A DNA stretch of 61,652 nucleotides, filler included, from Choristocarpus tenellus KU-1152 (GCA_964200185.2; 12 parts of 12 records of this genome joined end to end with filler, not necessarily neighbours in it); one strand, 5' to 3'; numbered from the whole stretch's first letter, positions 23,833-37,212 are shown. Numbers and translations are program-made. Notes: generated by a model from the letters alone, not told the origin.

Positions 23833-26455
23833 ATGGATCAAGGGCAACAACCCACGTATCAGTTACGACCAACCTACCGGAAGAAGTGAGTAACTCATCT
23901 CGCGAATCATGGGGCGTGGTATCACAGCATGTACTTGTCAAATTACGTTCCCAATCATCGCCTCTGTTGCTGTGACCATCATTGTTCTTCGTCAACCGCG
24001 CAGAGCATCCGTGAACGTGATGAGAGAGATCATTGCGTCAATCCTCGAGTCTGAACTTCAAGGGTGCACCTATCTAGTAAGTGACTGTTGTCGCAATGCA
24101 GCGACCATCTATATTGCCCCTCAACCAAGGAAATGGAGTGTTTTCCTCCAACTGTCGGACAATATACAAGGCGCAGAGGTACGTACGGTGGACTCACTTG
24201 CAAAAAAAATGTCATTATCGTGCGTTCTCCCTGGATGTGAGGTCGCGGCAGACCGACCATGCAACAGCTCAAACGAAGAAGATCTGCGACACCATCAAGG
24301 ACGGTCTCAAAGGTGATGATGTTAGAAGACAAATCCTTCATTGACACAACACTAGGCTAAAAAGCTAAGCCCTCTAGTGCAATAAAGAGCTGTTGCTTCA
24401 ATACCTTGGCTAACGGTTAAGGTATGTAGGTTCTAGTGATACTTTGCCCTCCCTCCACTCTCTTCCCCTGGTCGATGCATACTAATGAAATAGTGGTACG
24501 ACGCGTGGATGCCATAATAGACCTGACCAAGGCTTCAAATTTTTTCTACATTTCACCATGTGCCTCCCACCCCACCACCTGTCGGAGTACAGGTATGAAC
24601 CTTGATCGCTACAAATACGTAGTACAGGTGGTGATCGGTGAGCAAAGGGGGGCAGGGGTCCGCATGGCAAACCGCTGTTTCTGGGACTCTGATACAGACA
24701 ACTGTGCCAGCGAAACATTTATGAATGTGAGGGGTATTGCCATGGATACGCCAAGAGACTAAATTCGGTAGACATGTTCTCTTCCCCCTACTTGTGGAAG
24801 GTACGGTGACTCCAACGATCGAAATCACAGGCTCATATACAGACAACAGTTGGAGGAAGCTTGGAGTGATCCCTTTATCTCAAGCACATCAAAATCCAAT
24901 GGATGTAGGTGTTCGAATTGTGTGAATGGAGCAGCACCTAATAAGTGAAATGAAACATACTGGGTGTAGAGTATCCAATCTAACCATTCCAAAAAGTATC
25001 GCTGCTGCAGTACACCCAGAGAAGCATCCACCACCCACTCCTATGTGAACTTGCCAGCACTGGTTTCATCTGAAATTGGGTACACGTCAATATTGCCAAC
25101 CACTTGCACTTTGTTGCTCAGTGCAATACCCTGCAACAAAACTGCAGTGCACAGGGGAGATCCCCTGTCTTTGGGAGTCCTCAATGTCCTTGGGGAACCC
25201 CCACTGCCATAATTTTTTCATTTCTTTTCGCACATTTTTGATAATCCTAACCCTGTCTCTGACCCTAACCCTAACCCTTACTTGTGTGTGTAAAATATAT
25301 CCCTAACCAGCCATGGAAACATTCTAGAAGAAATGGTTAAGGAGTATTGTGTGCACTGGGGAACCAAAATCTCTCAAACATCCACCACTTATCACTTTTC
25401 CACTCTCGTTTTCAATAATCTAACCCTAACCCAAACCCTAACCCTAACCCTAACCCTAACCCTAACCCAAACCCTAACCCTAACCCTAAATCTAATCTGT
25501 GTGTGAAAAATAACCCTAAGAAGTGCAAAAAATAATAACAGTGGGGGTTCCCCAAGGACAGTGGGGGTTCCGAAAGACAGGGGATCCCCTTTTCATTGTA
25601 AAACCAGGTGTAATAGAAAAATGTCATGACCTGGTGGAGTCTCATGCTTGATTTGTGTTATGCAGTCTACTCGCAGCATCCAGCAATAAAATAGAACGAG
25701 ATTTCCTCACCAACCACTCAGTCACTTCGACTGCTCAACATCACAGTTACTCGTCACTTATCTGAAGTAACACTGGAAAATCGAAAAAATAAATCGAAAA
25801 TAATATATATATATATATGTACTCCGTACTGCGAACTACATAAAATCTGAAGGGTATTCTTTGAGAGGCCTTTTACCGAAGGTAACCATAGTTCACATCA
25901 ATATCTGTAAGGGCAGTAGCATGTTCTATTATATCGTTATGCCCTCTGACTTTTTTCAGATGTGCCAGGGAAAAAGGCAGACATTCATCACAAGGAATAT
26001 GGCATGTTATATTGGACTGATCGATCGGACGAGTCCGCAATGTAGCCTCTCTCTTCCCCCTCAATTCTATGCACTACTACTGAGAATTATGTAGTAGATA
26101 AGAGTATGCACTGCTTCGAGTGTTGCTACTATTAATGTTATTTTTCTCATTGTTAGGTGTTGGTAATGCCCCACTTCAGGTACCAGATGATGCTACTGTG
26201 TGGTATATTCAGGTGTATACATTTCAATTTCTACTATAGCATGTATGAAATAGTGAACAGTCTCTAGAGCTTTGTTTTGATGACTAATAGGTGTTATGAC
26301 CCGTACCAACTGAAAAAACTTAAACCAGCAATGATAATACAAGCACTGGAATAACTTCATCTCTTTCCAATTTACTCTCTTTTCCCATTCACCTCTCACC
26401 CCTACAGGACAGCATTTTTTGTGTGGCCACAGCATATGCCGTATATCTTTGCTAA
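23833..26455 (+). CDS. TCTEX1D2: Tctex-1 family dynein light chain, TCTEX1D2/Tctex2b-like, complete, 5 exons, 122 aa
   Basis: Phase-consistent exons 23833-23885, 24004-24076, 24252-24312, 24593-24726 and 26408-26455: PTYQLRP...RYKYVVQVVIGEQRGAGVRMANRCFWDSDTDNCASETFMNDSIFCVATAYAVYLC*. Confidence 0.92.
25152..25590. mobile_element. MITE with ~80-bp TIRs (GATCCCCTGTCTT...GGGGAACCCCCACTG) containing (CCCTAA)n arrays; in Tctex intron 4
   Basis: Left gatcccctgtctttgggagtcctcaatgtccttggggaacccccactg is an imperfect reverse complement of right cagtgggggttccccaaggacagtgggggttccgaaagacaggggatc. Telomere-type repeats lie at ~25247-25280 and ~25420-25490. Confidence 0.75.
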
Positions 26456-27335
26456 CTACGCTCCAGCAGGTCATTCGGCTAGCTCTCCCACTTGGCATTG
26501 GAGTCAGCTGGATAGCCGCTTGATATAATCAATCAAGCTATACTCCCTGGAGACATGGATCCCTTGGAATTTAAAAATAATTGCACCCATGCTCTGCTCC
26601 CCATCCCCACCCTCCAGTCTCTATTATGCTTTTGTCATCAGCTTCTTGTTTGGAAGTAGCCAACTACGACTTTGGAGAAGGAAGTCACAAGGGCAACAAC
26701 GGTCATGGGGAGAAGCTTCATGGTGTAAAATGTACTGTATATATCATAATCTATGGGTATATATATATTAATGTGCAGCACACCACTCGATGTAAGAGAA
26801 GGTGAACACAGTACCACTGTTTTGCAAATTTAAACTGAATGCAGGTACTGATTGTCCCCTTTCAATTCATGTGATTGAAGGTCAAATACATTAAATACCT
26901 TGGTCTGATAGAACATTCACTCAAAGCTACAGAGTGAACAGTGTTCTTTACTCCAGAGTATCACCATGCTGGTATTGTGAGGGCAAGAAAGTGAAGAACA
27001 TAGAACTTTTTGTGGAGAAAACAGTGTCATTTCTTGCCCCAGAGTACTTTTCTTTTTCCCCTTGTCGAAGAATTGCAACCCAGTACTGTACTACTGCGAT
27101 TTGAGCTGCATGTTGGTACCTCGTTCACAGCAAAGTGCTAGGCTGGTGGGCACTTGAATAGATTCACCTTCAGAGAAGTCTGTCTCATCGAGCAGAAAAA
27201 ACATAAGCAAAGCACACACTACAGCATCAACTTTCGTTCAAACAAGAGTTAATACCTCGAGAGCATTTGATCTCTCTCCCATTATGGTGCTAGTCCCATT
27301 CCCCCCTCTCCGCAGGGACCTACTCCAGAGCACAA

Positions 27336-27608
27336 GAGTCAGGGCATTTAAGAGGGTAGAGCTGCGTCCACTTGGGATCCAAAATCCAATGTTGCGATTT
27401 TAATTCATTTTGGCTATCATGTTTGTTAGCAAGTGTCAATATCCTTGCTCTGGACACACCTTTCATAGTCGTACTCCAAAATGTTTCAGAGTAAATAACT
27501 GTGCTCACACAGGAAACCGAAAAAAAGGCACAAAAAACCTATGGGAAGTCAAGCCCCAAACGGACAAAACACAGGGCAAAACTCCTATCCTCCAAAATAC
27601 TTTGGCTC
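27336..27608 (+). mobile_element. Sola2-like MITE subfamily A, diverged full copy
   Basis: Colinear with 2952-3210 (agagggtagagctgcgtccacttgg...aagccccaaacggacaaa...aaatactttggctc); TSD not preserved. Confidence 0.85.
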
Positions 27609-28046
27609 CAACAATGTCTCCTTGGTTAGTTTGATTTTCTCTAAAAGCAAATCCACGGCACTATTCAGAATAGGGCTGGAGTGCTGCATTATCTTTGTAG
27701 TTGGAGAAAAAAATGCCCTCCCAGCTCCATCACGTATCCATTCCCCAGCACCTCATTCCCTCACCTTCTCACTCTGGGTCTAGGGTCCAGAAAGGAAATG
27801 ATCTGTTCCTATGCAGACAAATTGGATACGCTATCCATTGTCCGCGAGTGTATTTCCAAGGAAAATTAGGACTCTTTTAGACAACAACCGTTTCCTACGA
27901 AGAATATCTCCATTTCTGCCAACTAAAACACTGGTGAGGTCAGTGAATGGCTCGATGTTTGTCATCAATGTTGTAACGTATACCAGAATGTGTCAATGGT
28001 GTTTTGAACAGCTGTAATTTACTGCATGCTATACAAGATAACCCCA

Positions 28047-28074
28047 GACCTAAAGTATCTGGGGGTGGGGGGGT
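28047..28074 (+). mobile_element. Sola2-like MITE subfamily B end (AAAGTATCT + poly-G) at a contig break
   Basis: gacctaaagtatctggggg. Equivalent ends abut contig breaks at 28175-28195, 31056-31155, 41851-41952, 53812-53862 and 57683-57713. Confidence 0.75.
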
Positions 28075-31000
28075 NNNNNNNNNNNNNNNNNNNNNNNNNN
28101 NNNNNNNNNNNNNNNNNNTTAATTAATTAANNNNNNNNNNNNNNNNNNNNNNNNNNNNNNNNNNNNNNNNNNNNCCCCCCCAGATACTTTGACCCAACCA
28201 ATATGGCAAATCCCATCAACATTGGAATGTCGTCAGGGGTAACCATACCGCCACGTTTCAGATAATCTTTTCCTATCGATAAATATGAGCACAAAATCAC
28301 TATTGTGTGAAAAAAATAGAACCACACAGACTCCATTTTTTTGTCCTCATCCTAATCAACCGTTTTTCACGTGATATTTCAAGCGTGGACTAGTTCGATG
28401 CGAACGTATGTACCCATTCGCATGAGGTCCATGAACAACTCCATCATCGTTATCCTATTATTCCAATGGAACCTCAACTAAAAACAAGAAAAACATTTTT
28501 CATTTCCCTCAACCCTCTTCTCTATTAAAATCATTACCAAATCGAAACACTTGAAAGGTTCCTTAGCAAAAATGGAGAAAAAGCAACAAATGTAAAATGT
28601 AATAATTCGAGTTATAATCGGTTAAGATTTAAAACGAACATTGTCTCTTGGAATAGACTTCCTGATCGTCTGACGATGGAGATCAGGACACTCTCGTCCA
28701 AATGATAGCATTCTACCACTGTCTTCAAACTGAGAGGGAAGACTTGATTATCCGTCCAGAGGTGTTTCCACCAGTGTCGAGGCTCCTTCAAGTTCGTTTC
28801 TTTCTGCGATGATTGTTCTGCTCTGTACTCTAATCTTATCCAGACCTCAAACAAGTAATTGAATCCCACCAACTACCCAAAGATGATCCGGTACCGAGTC
28901 GACATTTGAGAGTGTATCTCAACTCTTGGCCTTAGAGTCTCCGATTTTTTTTATCCTAAGTGTGTTATGGTACACCGACGGCAACATACGAGTGATCCTA
29001 CCGATAGGACTCGTGGTGAAGTGTCCAACTGGCATTGTGTCCTGCGATCAAAATGAGCAATGATGGGGGCGAGCGATTGCAGGTACATACATTTCAGAAA
29101 CCACGTTACTAATTTTTTCCCTACTGTACGAGAGAATTTCACCACCTGTCACCCACTTGTTCAAAGGCTTCTTCAAAGTATTTGAATATACCACCTTCGA
29201 CATCGTGCTCCAGTACTAACCCTATGAAGGACGATGTAGAAACACCACCATCGTATCTCCTATCTAGAAATTTGGTTCCACATCAATCGTTCAGAAGTAC
29301 AAATACAGGACAGATAATAATTTAAGCTCCTACCCGCCAATTTCTTCCACACCTCCTGTTGTACATGTGCAGTGCACTTGGGATTCTCTCACAAGGAAAG
29401 TCAGGTCCTTCATGCACAAATTGTTTCAAAATTCAAACGCTTGGTTGCTTTTTACTGTCTTCGCAGGGTGGAGAATTGCGTAGATAGATAGGTACTCCCT
29501 GGAATGCAAGAGAGGACGAAACAGCGAGAGGAAAAATTCAGGCAGTGGAGGCCAGGGAAGGTGGCGATGGCGAGGTCCGAGGAGCTTAAGAAACTTGATA
29601 TTCTTAGCTCATCCCTTCCTCATCTACTCCTTGTCCTAACTACACTATGGTAAGGTTTGTCAAGTCATTATATCATGTACACTCAGGATGAAGGCCCTTC
29701 TCTTACCCAAGCACGTCTTCAAGTACAGTCACCTATGAAAACTAAGCTCTGTGGCTCGTCGCGTCTTCTAATCGACTTGGATACCTCCTGCTCTGTTCAT
29801 GTGAAATCTAGGTGAACGTAGCAACCAGCTTTGTCACTCACAGGAGAAAAGGGGAAAGCTCTGCCTGCTGTGGAGTCTCCCTTGATGAGGGTGGTCGCGA
29901 TATTGGTATTATTTACAATTTGTCCCTGGACAGTTCCAAGAGCAAGCGAGATGTGTGAGGACTGGTCCCCATTATAATAGTGAAGAGTTGGAGAGCTTGG
30001 AGCATGTACTGGTGGGAGAGTTTGACGGGCAATTGGAGAGAAGGAGAGGAGACGAGGAAGAAAGAGGTGACTAAAAGCGAAAGGATGGTGTTCCCTTGAC
30101 GCCATTCTGAACCAAGCCACAGACATCACCCCAACTGCAGTCCTAGACTCGTGAAGGTGTATGCTTGTTCTATGTGAAGTAGGTTTTCCCTCCTGTTATT
30201 CTTCCATCCTTTGCTTTGCTTGCAAACATCGTGGAGCAAGTACATCAGAATGCTCTTGTTTTTTGGGGAGCTATTTATGAAAGATGTGTGCAGGGTGACC
30301 CCCCTAAGTGACAACCCGAGCAAAGTAGAAGCAGTAAGATGCACAGTGCAGCCATCTCTCACCCCCCTTTCTTTGCAGAATGTGAGGTGTAAGAGGAATG
30401 TAGTGAATGACCCTTACATTCACTACATGTTTCAGAAAGTGGCTTGGTTTACTAAGCATGTGTTGCTTGTTGTGTGTTGATTGTCTCAAGATAGAAGAAT
30501 AGTTTGCCGTAGAGGTCTACAGATCATCAGGAGGGGAGCATCACATTTTTCAAACCAAATGGAATGCCCTGCATGTGTCATCCCCCTGTCTAAAACGTCC
30601 TCATACATGTTGTGTGTATTGTGAGGTCCATTTTTTCTGTAGTCCTATGGTGTGTTACTTTTTGCAATCCAATCTATATGCACACCGTGGTTGAGCTGGT
30701 CCATAAATCATTGTGCAGTGCATACAGTAAGGAGGATAGACCCTCTAGTCTCAGCTTCAAGGAGGAAAAGAGTTTCAGAGTGGCTGTGTTTCCACACTAT
30801 TCCTTCAAATGATATTCTTTCAACATCAGAATATACTCAGTGATGACAACGGTCACCACTGGCTCTTAGAGTAAGGGGGAATTTGAATTTATTTGTGTTT
30901 GTTTGGATTTATTTGTTTGAGTGATTTCAATAGCTGACAGGTAAACACTAAACATAATGAATACAGTTGTGCATACACAAAGCAACAGCCTTCGGTGTTT

Positions 31001-32544
31001 AGTGTCAACCTTTATCCCATGAGGTAGCCAAAACCATTATTTCAATATATTTTATGGCTCAAAGTATCTGGGGGGGGGGGGGGGGGGGGAGGCTCAAACA
31101 GGGTGCCTCTTCGGGCTTTGACCACAAAAAAAAAAAGAGCTTACACCATCCCTCCNNNNNNNNNNNNNNNNNNNNNNNNNNNNNNNNNNNNNNNNNNNNT
31201 TAATTAATTAANNNNNNNNNNNNNNNNNNNNNNNNNNNNNNNNNNNNNNNNNNNNTTTCCCCTTCCTCGGGACGCTGAAGATGCAACTCTGCCTACCTCT
31301 CAGTTGGTTAGACTCTGGTGTCCGTTTGATGCCCTTACATTGTGCTTTGAGCTTTCCAAACTTCGAAAGCCCTTACTCAGTGCCGTTGTTGTATTGTTCT
31401 GACCATAGTACTCAAGTGTTCAAGCACTTCGTTTGGTTGAAAGTACATAAATCGTTTAAACTTCCCTCACAATAATACCAATACATGGGGTTTGAGAAGG
31501 GTTCAAAGCGACTGCGTCATTTCACTTCAAATATCAAAATAGTGTTCCAAATGGCATTTAGGAAAAATTAGAAGGAACATGAACTATATATCATACTTTG
31601 TGTCTATGAAGTATACGTGCGTCTGTTCCTACTTTATTTCTTGTATCTGATTCCCATCAGCATAATATGTTTTGTTGATTCTTCGGGTGCTGACCTTGAG
31701 TCAAAATAAATGATACCTAGGCCTTGACCTCTATCATGTAAAACCACTTTTTCTCATCTGGTGTGATTCATCTTTATTTCTATGGATAAAGCACTAAGAT
31801 TGACTTCAGGGCTTTGATTTATCTATTGTTGGAAAATTTCCCTCAAAGTTCAGAGATGCCCTACATGCATTTGTACAAAAAGGCAACATTTACGCATAGC
31901 TCTTACCATCCTTAAAACACATCCCTTGGTGCCTCTCTTATGCTATTAACTCGCTGCTATGTTGTGATACTCACTACAGCAGGAAAAGATCGGAAGCCAG
32001 TATTCACGATAGATTTGTAGGCCGCCTAGTAGTCAAAATACTTTAAATACCATTGTAGGTTATAATGCAGGTATAGGAACACAACAACTCAACCACCAAA
32101 CAGAAAGCGAAGCATTTGTGCGGTACCTTTCATGTTATCCAATCCTGTACTCATATCCTTGGCTACTGCCACACCACAATATCGCTGTTCTCTGTATATA
32201 TATACGTATATAAATGGTGTATATTGTAGTTGCAAGTTCAATTTTGGACTCACTTTATCATTACAAGTATCATTACAAGTAGTGTGCAGTCCGGCAAAGA
32301 CTATATTTTCAAGAGAAACTGTATCACAGAGCAGCACATATGTCATGCCCACTTATTATATACCTTGAACTACATATGTAGCAAGAAACAGAACATTATT
32401 TTACTAAGTAAAAAAAAAAAGTATATAATTATTTTTACAATTACAACCAGGTTGGCGTGGAGAGGGGAAGAAGGATCATTTTTCCAGAGAGCAGGGTAGC
32501 TCCACAAATCGGTTTGACTGCCAAGATCGCCAAAGATGTCAGCA

Positions 32545-32879
32545 GACCTAAAGTATCTGGGGGGGGGTCTACACCAGGGTGTCCATTTGGACCATATCCA
32601 GGAAAAGTGCACTTGCATTAGCTATCCAACGTATGCAACCAAATCACTAAAAAATCACAACATGAAAAAATTGAACTCAAATGGACAGTCGCCGTGACCC
32701 CGCACCCTACTCCCCCCCGCCGTAACACAAACCATTCTACAGTATATAGATTAGTCTTACTACGCTAGCTCANNNNNNNNNNAAAAGAAAACAAAACCAC
32801 AAAAAAAACAAAAAAAAAAAAAATGAACCCCAAAAGAACAGCCCCCCCCCCCCCCCCCCCCCCCCAGATACTTTGAACC
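32545..32879 (+). mobile_element. Sola2-like MITE subfamily B (interrupted by a 10-N gap)
   Basis: gacctaaagtatctggggg...gtccatttggacc...gcaaccaaatcac... and cccagatactttgaacc; similar to 51779-51948 and 57074-57251. Confidence 0.75.
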
Positions 32880-33049
32880 AGGACTCACTATTTACTTGAT
32901 CTGACAAATGCAATTGAATTGTTTCTTACTCCAAAGAAATGTTGGAGATGTTGAAACTCAAAAGTATTGCATGGGGGTGAACAAATGAGTGGAGCATAAG
33001 AAACTGTTTCAAAATTCTTGAGTTCTTTTTCCACACAAGAAATGGCAAT

Positions 33050-33233
33050 GGGTCAGAGTTTCTGGGGGGGGGGTTGTGAGGGGGCGTCCGTTTCGGTCAA
33101 ACTCTTGGTCAAACTCTTTTTTTTTGCGGACATTTCAAATCTGACATGTGCGACCAAATCACACCAAAAAAGGGAAAATCGAAAAAAGGGTGAAAAACGG
33201 ATGCCGACACTCCTCCCCCCGATACTTTGATCC
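33050..33233 (+). mobile_element. Sola2-like MITE, B-related variant (184 bp)
   Basis: TIR gggtcagagtttctggggg / cccccgatactttgatcc with perfect 4-bp TSD CAAT (33046-33049 and 33234-33237). Confidence 0.85.
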
Positions 33234-33616
33234 CAATGATACACACAGCCTGTTATGTTTGATGAACCACCCTAAATGAAAATTGTACCTGAAGGTGCTC
33301 CGGGCTAGGACTGCAACCTGATGGAGTGAACCCAGCCAACCAGAGGTATGCATATGATACAAATATATGTATGAAGTATTCAAAATTCATCAATCCAAAC
33401 AAATCACTACCGGTTCCCTATAATTAAATCAATCCAAACATCCACCTATTTCTTGCCATCAAAATATACACTATTTCCTATTGGATGACCACCACTCACA
33501 CCATCCCATTCCCTCTCTCTCAGCAAGCAAAAAACTGATCCTTCATCTTCATTATAAAAGCATTGAGAGATTCCATCCCAGTCATTCTCTGGCCAAGATC
33601 TGCTTGCCATGATGTC

Positions 33617-36600
33617 TCACTTCAAAGGTTCCTGCATGGCAGAGCCCCCCTCCTCTCTACCCTGCCTAATTTTGACTAGGAGTTTGTCATTCACTTTCAG
33701 GCGGTACTGGATTGTGCGGGAAGCATAGTACATGCCATCAGACTCCAAGTTTTGAATTACATCCAGAAGGAGGTGGGCGCGCTCTGTTTGCACACCAAAT
33801 TCATTTCTCAACCTCAAGGATGCACAAGAGAAGACAGGGATGGAAGGATCAAGACTCTTAGAAATGGTAACTTCTGATCGAGGAGAAGCAGCAATGAATC
33901 TTAATTGAATCTTAATTGAGGATTATGACAGTAATTCACCTCATTCTATCTTTTGATGACATGTGTACATCGAACTACTTTACAGGTATACAGCAATAAT
34001 GGAACATTCCGGATCAATTGGTGAGCGTAAATAACAAAAAAAAGGACAATGGTTGTGGCAAAATGTTGACAAGCTCTGAGATGGGCATAGAGGAAGTTGG
34101 TTGAGCTGTGACAAGGTGAACAGAAAACACCATGTTGTATGAATATGAATGGAAGAGATGGCAACTGATAAAGGGAAACGAAGGAGGTGGCTTGGTTCTG
34201 ACTACTATTTAGTACTATTTATCATACTACACACAGGGGCTTCTCCAAGTACTATAACTCCCCCAGCAACTTCCGCAGATTTCAGGACCTCAAGGTATTC
34301 TCTACCTAACCCTAACTCCTCTATTGACCCCACTCGCTCTCTTTGATCAGAACCCTAACCCTAACCCCTATATAAATCTCTCGCAGGAATGACTATTCAG
34401 GGGGGTTAAGTGAAAAGATCAATCGTCTGGAGCAAGTTTGTATGGGTGTGTGTGTCATCCAGCTTAATAAATCTAAGCCAAATCTACTGAAGGGACAGTA
34501 TGTCTGTGAGAGAAACCATCGATGGTATGGTTGTACCATACTCTGCTTTTGTCCATGGCTTCCTTTTTCATTTTGGCATCCTGTCCCACTACCCAGATCT
34601 CTTTCAAGGCAGCAATCACTCACTTCACCCAGCTAATTAGCTGCAGCTGAACCAGACCCTAACCCAAAGATTTCATGCACTTGTGTGATCTTACGATGCC
34701 TACACGGTACCTGGTAAAGTGAACGTGGAAGTGGTAGAACTGTGGGTGATAGTGCACAAACACTCTCAGATGCTCCTCAGAGATGCCGTACACACTTTTG
34801 ATTGTCTCAATACCTTTACTTTGTATCAAAGAGGGAGGTTTGTAACAGGGAAACGAGAGGGTGTTTGCAGGAGAGTTGGATCAAAGAGGGTGTTCAAAGG
34901 AGACTTGGGTGTTCATGGAGGCAGTTGGGTGTTCAAAGGGGTCCCAGTCATTTAACATACCTGGAGGCCGTTAAAGCAATGACCTAGACTGCAACCTTAT
35001 TCTCCATGTTGTTGGTCAATGCAAGGGCGTCTTCCAATAAATTCTGAAGCACTAGCCAGTAAAGGAAAAAATTATCTGAAGCAAAGTCCACTGTAATTAT
35101 CATTGTTGAGGGATGCAATGTTTTCATCTAGAACTAGAGGTCATTCCCAGGGCTTCACTTCAAATAAGTATGTGTAATGAGTTGGTTTTGGCAGGTATCA
35201 TGCATACACACCTTGAGGCATGATCAAATATTTTCAACCTTCCTACATAGCCCTGGGGGGTGGGGTGGAGAACATCTATACTAGAAAATTTTAATGATCC
35301 CTTCCACTTCTGCAGCCAAGCCCTCTCCACGCATATTATATCTACAAAAACCATCTTACGTGTAGATGTTACGAAGCATTGGCAGGTGATGGGACCTTAG
35401 GTCACGCAGAGTGGTCACCCCCTTTTGGTGACAGATAGCTAGGACATATAAGTCAGTAGTGGAGGGATGCCCCAACCACTTCTCCCTGGGAACTAAAGTT
35501 GGATCTGGATGGGAGCGCCACTTGGTGTCGATGTTAAGGATGAATCCATATTCCTGTCAGTAGGTGAGAGGGAAAGAGGTGGAAAAAGCAAAGAAGTTTG
35601 AGTACTACTTTTTGATTAGGTGGGTGCCACCTCTGGTGGAGGAGCAGGTAAGGGAATATTCACACAGGGTGGAAGGAAATAGTGTTGCTCATAGGCTTGA
35701 TTACTCTCCAGAGCATTAACCCTACTCAATTCACATTATTGCAGAATTAACAGAGGATCTCTTCATTTGCACAAACCGTTGGTATCTGTTGTCAAGGGAT
35801 TATACAAAAGAGACAACATTCTCCAGGAACAGCAGTGTGCTGCCCACGACTAGCACCAAGTACCACTTCTTGGGTATGCAGAAAGTTCATGGTCAAGGGC
35901 CCATCAGGGTGCAGGTATGGAGAGGAGAGGCGAGGATAGGAATAGGGTGTGCGTTTTTTCTACTACCTGGTCTTCGTCTTCATAAAGAACCCTCTCCTTC
36001 TCTTTTTCCTTGGATAGGACCTTGTACAGCCAGGCGAGAGATCTCTCATCACTAGTCACAGACTCAATGTGGGGTCTGGTCACCATGGTGTACAACTTTG
36101 CAGTCTCTGTGACCATTACCATCTCAACCCGACGGTTGCGGCTAATGGTGCGCTCGGTGGCCGGGGCCACAACATCACAACTATAGGATGTTGGACCACA
36201 CAAATGACGCAGAAGCCATATCCAGGGACTGATGGTGCAGTTGTAAAAGGCGTACTCGGCACCGCTCTCGCTCTTGAGCGTCAGGGACAGGCGTTGGAGG
36301 TTCATCAGGAGCCCTTCAACAATTCAAGTGGCAAGAGAGGAGATATGTAACTTGGATCCATGGGAACTCTATTCAAATCGTTGCAATAATCAGCATGACG
36401 AAACCGAGTTGGAGCTTACCTTTGAGGGGCAACGAAGTTGCAGCCAGTTTCACAAGCGCTCGTTCTCCCTCTGCTTGCCACTTGAACTTACCCAACAACG
36501 TGACAACACGGCCATCGTCCTGCACACATCGATCGTTTTTGTTTATATAGTCAGCAAATTGTACAAATGCAAACAGACTTCAGCCCTACCTCAAGCATAG

Positions 36601-37212
36601 GATCCCAAATCAAACCGAGAGTGAGGCATTAGAGCTCTAGCCGTACATTGTACACGGAATATTATGCTCTTGGGGCAAGAGCAACCATGTTTCCCTCCCC
36701 GAAAAGCTTTAGGGTGATCCATCCTATGACGAAAGTGACAACGGCATCCCTTTCATTACCAGACGGAGAAGCATCCAGTGTATACAGCAGTCCAAATAGC
36801 TTCATTATGCGTAGGCTTTTGACTTAATTGCCGAGGCATCAGCGTGCATGTGGGCTAATTAATTAGCTAAAGCATCTGACCCCATTACCCTCGACCCGAA
36901 CATGACGTTGTCCCATCACACCCCGCGGCAACCTCCACACCTTCATCAATCCAAAAAAAAGGATGACCACCCCATAAGGGAGCGAACGTCCGTCAAGGCA
37001 AGGTTTGACAAGGATCCTTCAATGGGATGTGAATGCCTATTAAACATTCACCTGCTTTCTCGTACCTCATCCTTCAAGATTTCGCGAAGCTCGAAGTCCT
37101 CAAGCGATTTCAGCGTCACTACACTCTTGCCCGAACGGCGAAAGTACAAGGCTGTCAGACCTAAGCATACACTCGTAGCCACAGCTGATATCGCACGGTA
37201 CTGCGAGTTCAT
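33617..37212 (-). CDS. DCPS: m7GpppX diphosphatase / scavenger mRNA-decapping enzyme DcpS (HIT family), complete, 6 exons, 363 aa
   Basis: Phase-consistent exons 37212-37066, 36519-36420, 36313-35967, 35553-35360, 34818-34711 and 33812-33617. Motifs: LEDFELREIL, VVAPATERTI, ETAKLYTMVTRPHIE, SLAWLYKVL..EKERVLYED, GFILNIDTKW, LRDLRSHHLPML, LRVFVHYHPQFYHFHVHF (HIT triad), ERAHLLLDVIQNLE. Confidence 0.95.

Noticed and set aside
25420-25490. (CCCTAA)n as a true chromosome end
   Set aside because: The array is short, degenerate and inside an intron of a complete gene.
27818-27931. Isolated exon-like segments (27818-27931, 55273-55388, 13927-14170)
   Set aside because: Splice signals are plausible, but there is no recognisable product or partner exon, so they are not reported as features.
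37048-37065. Alternative DcpS exon-1 donor ag|gtgaat at ~37051
   Set aside because: It puts exon 2 out of frame; the gag|gtacga donor at 37065 keeps the DcpS frame.
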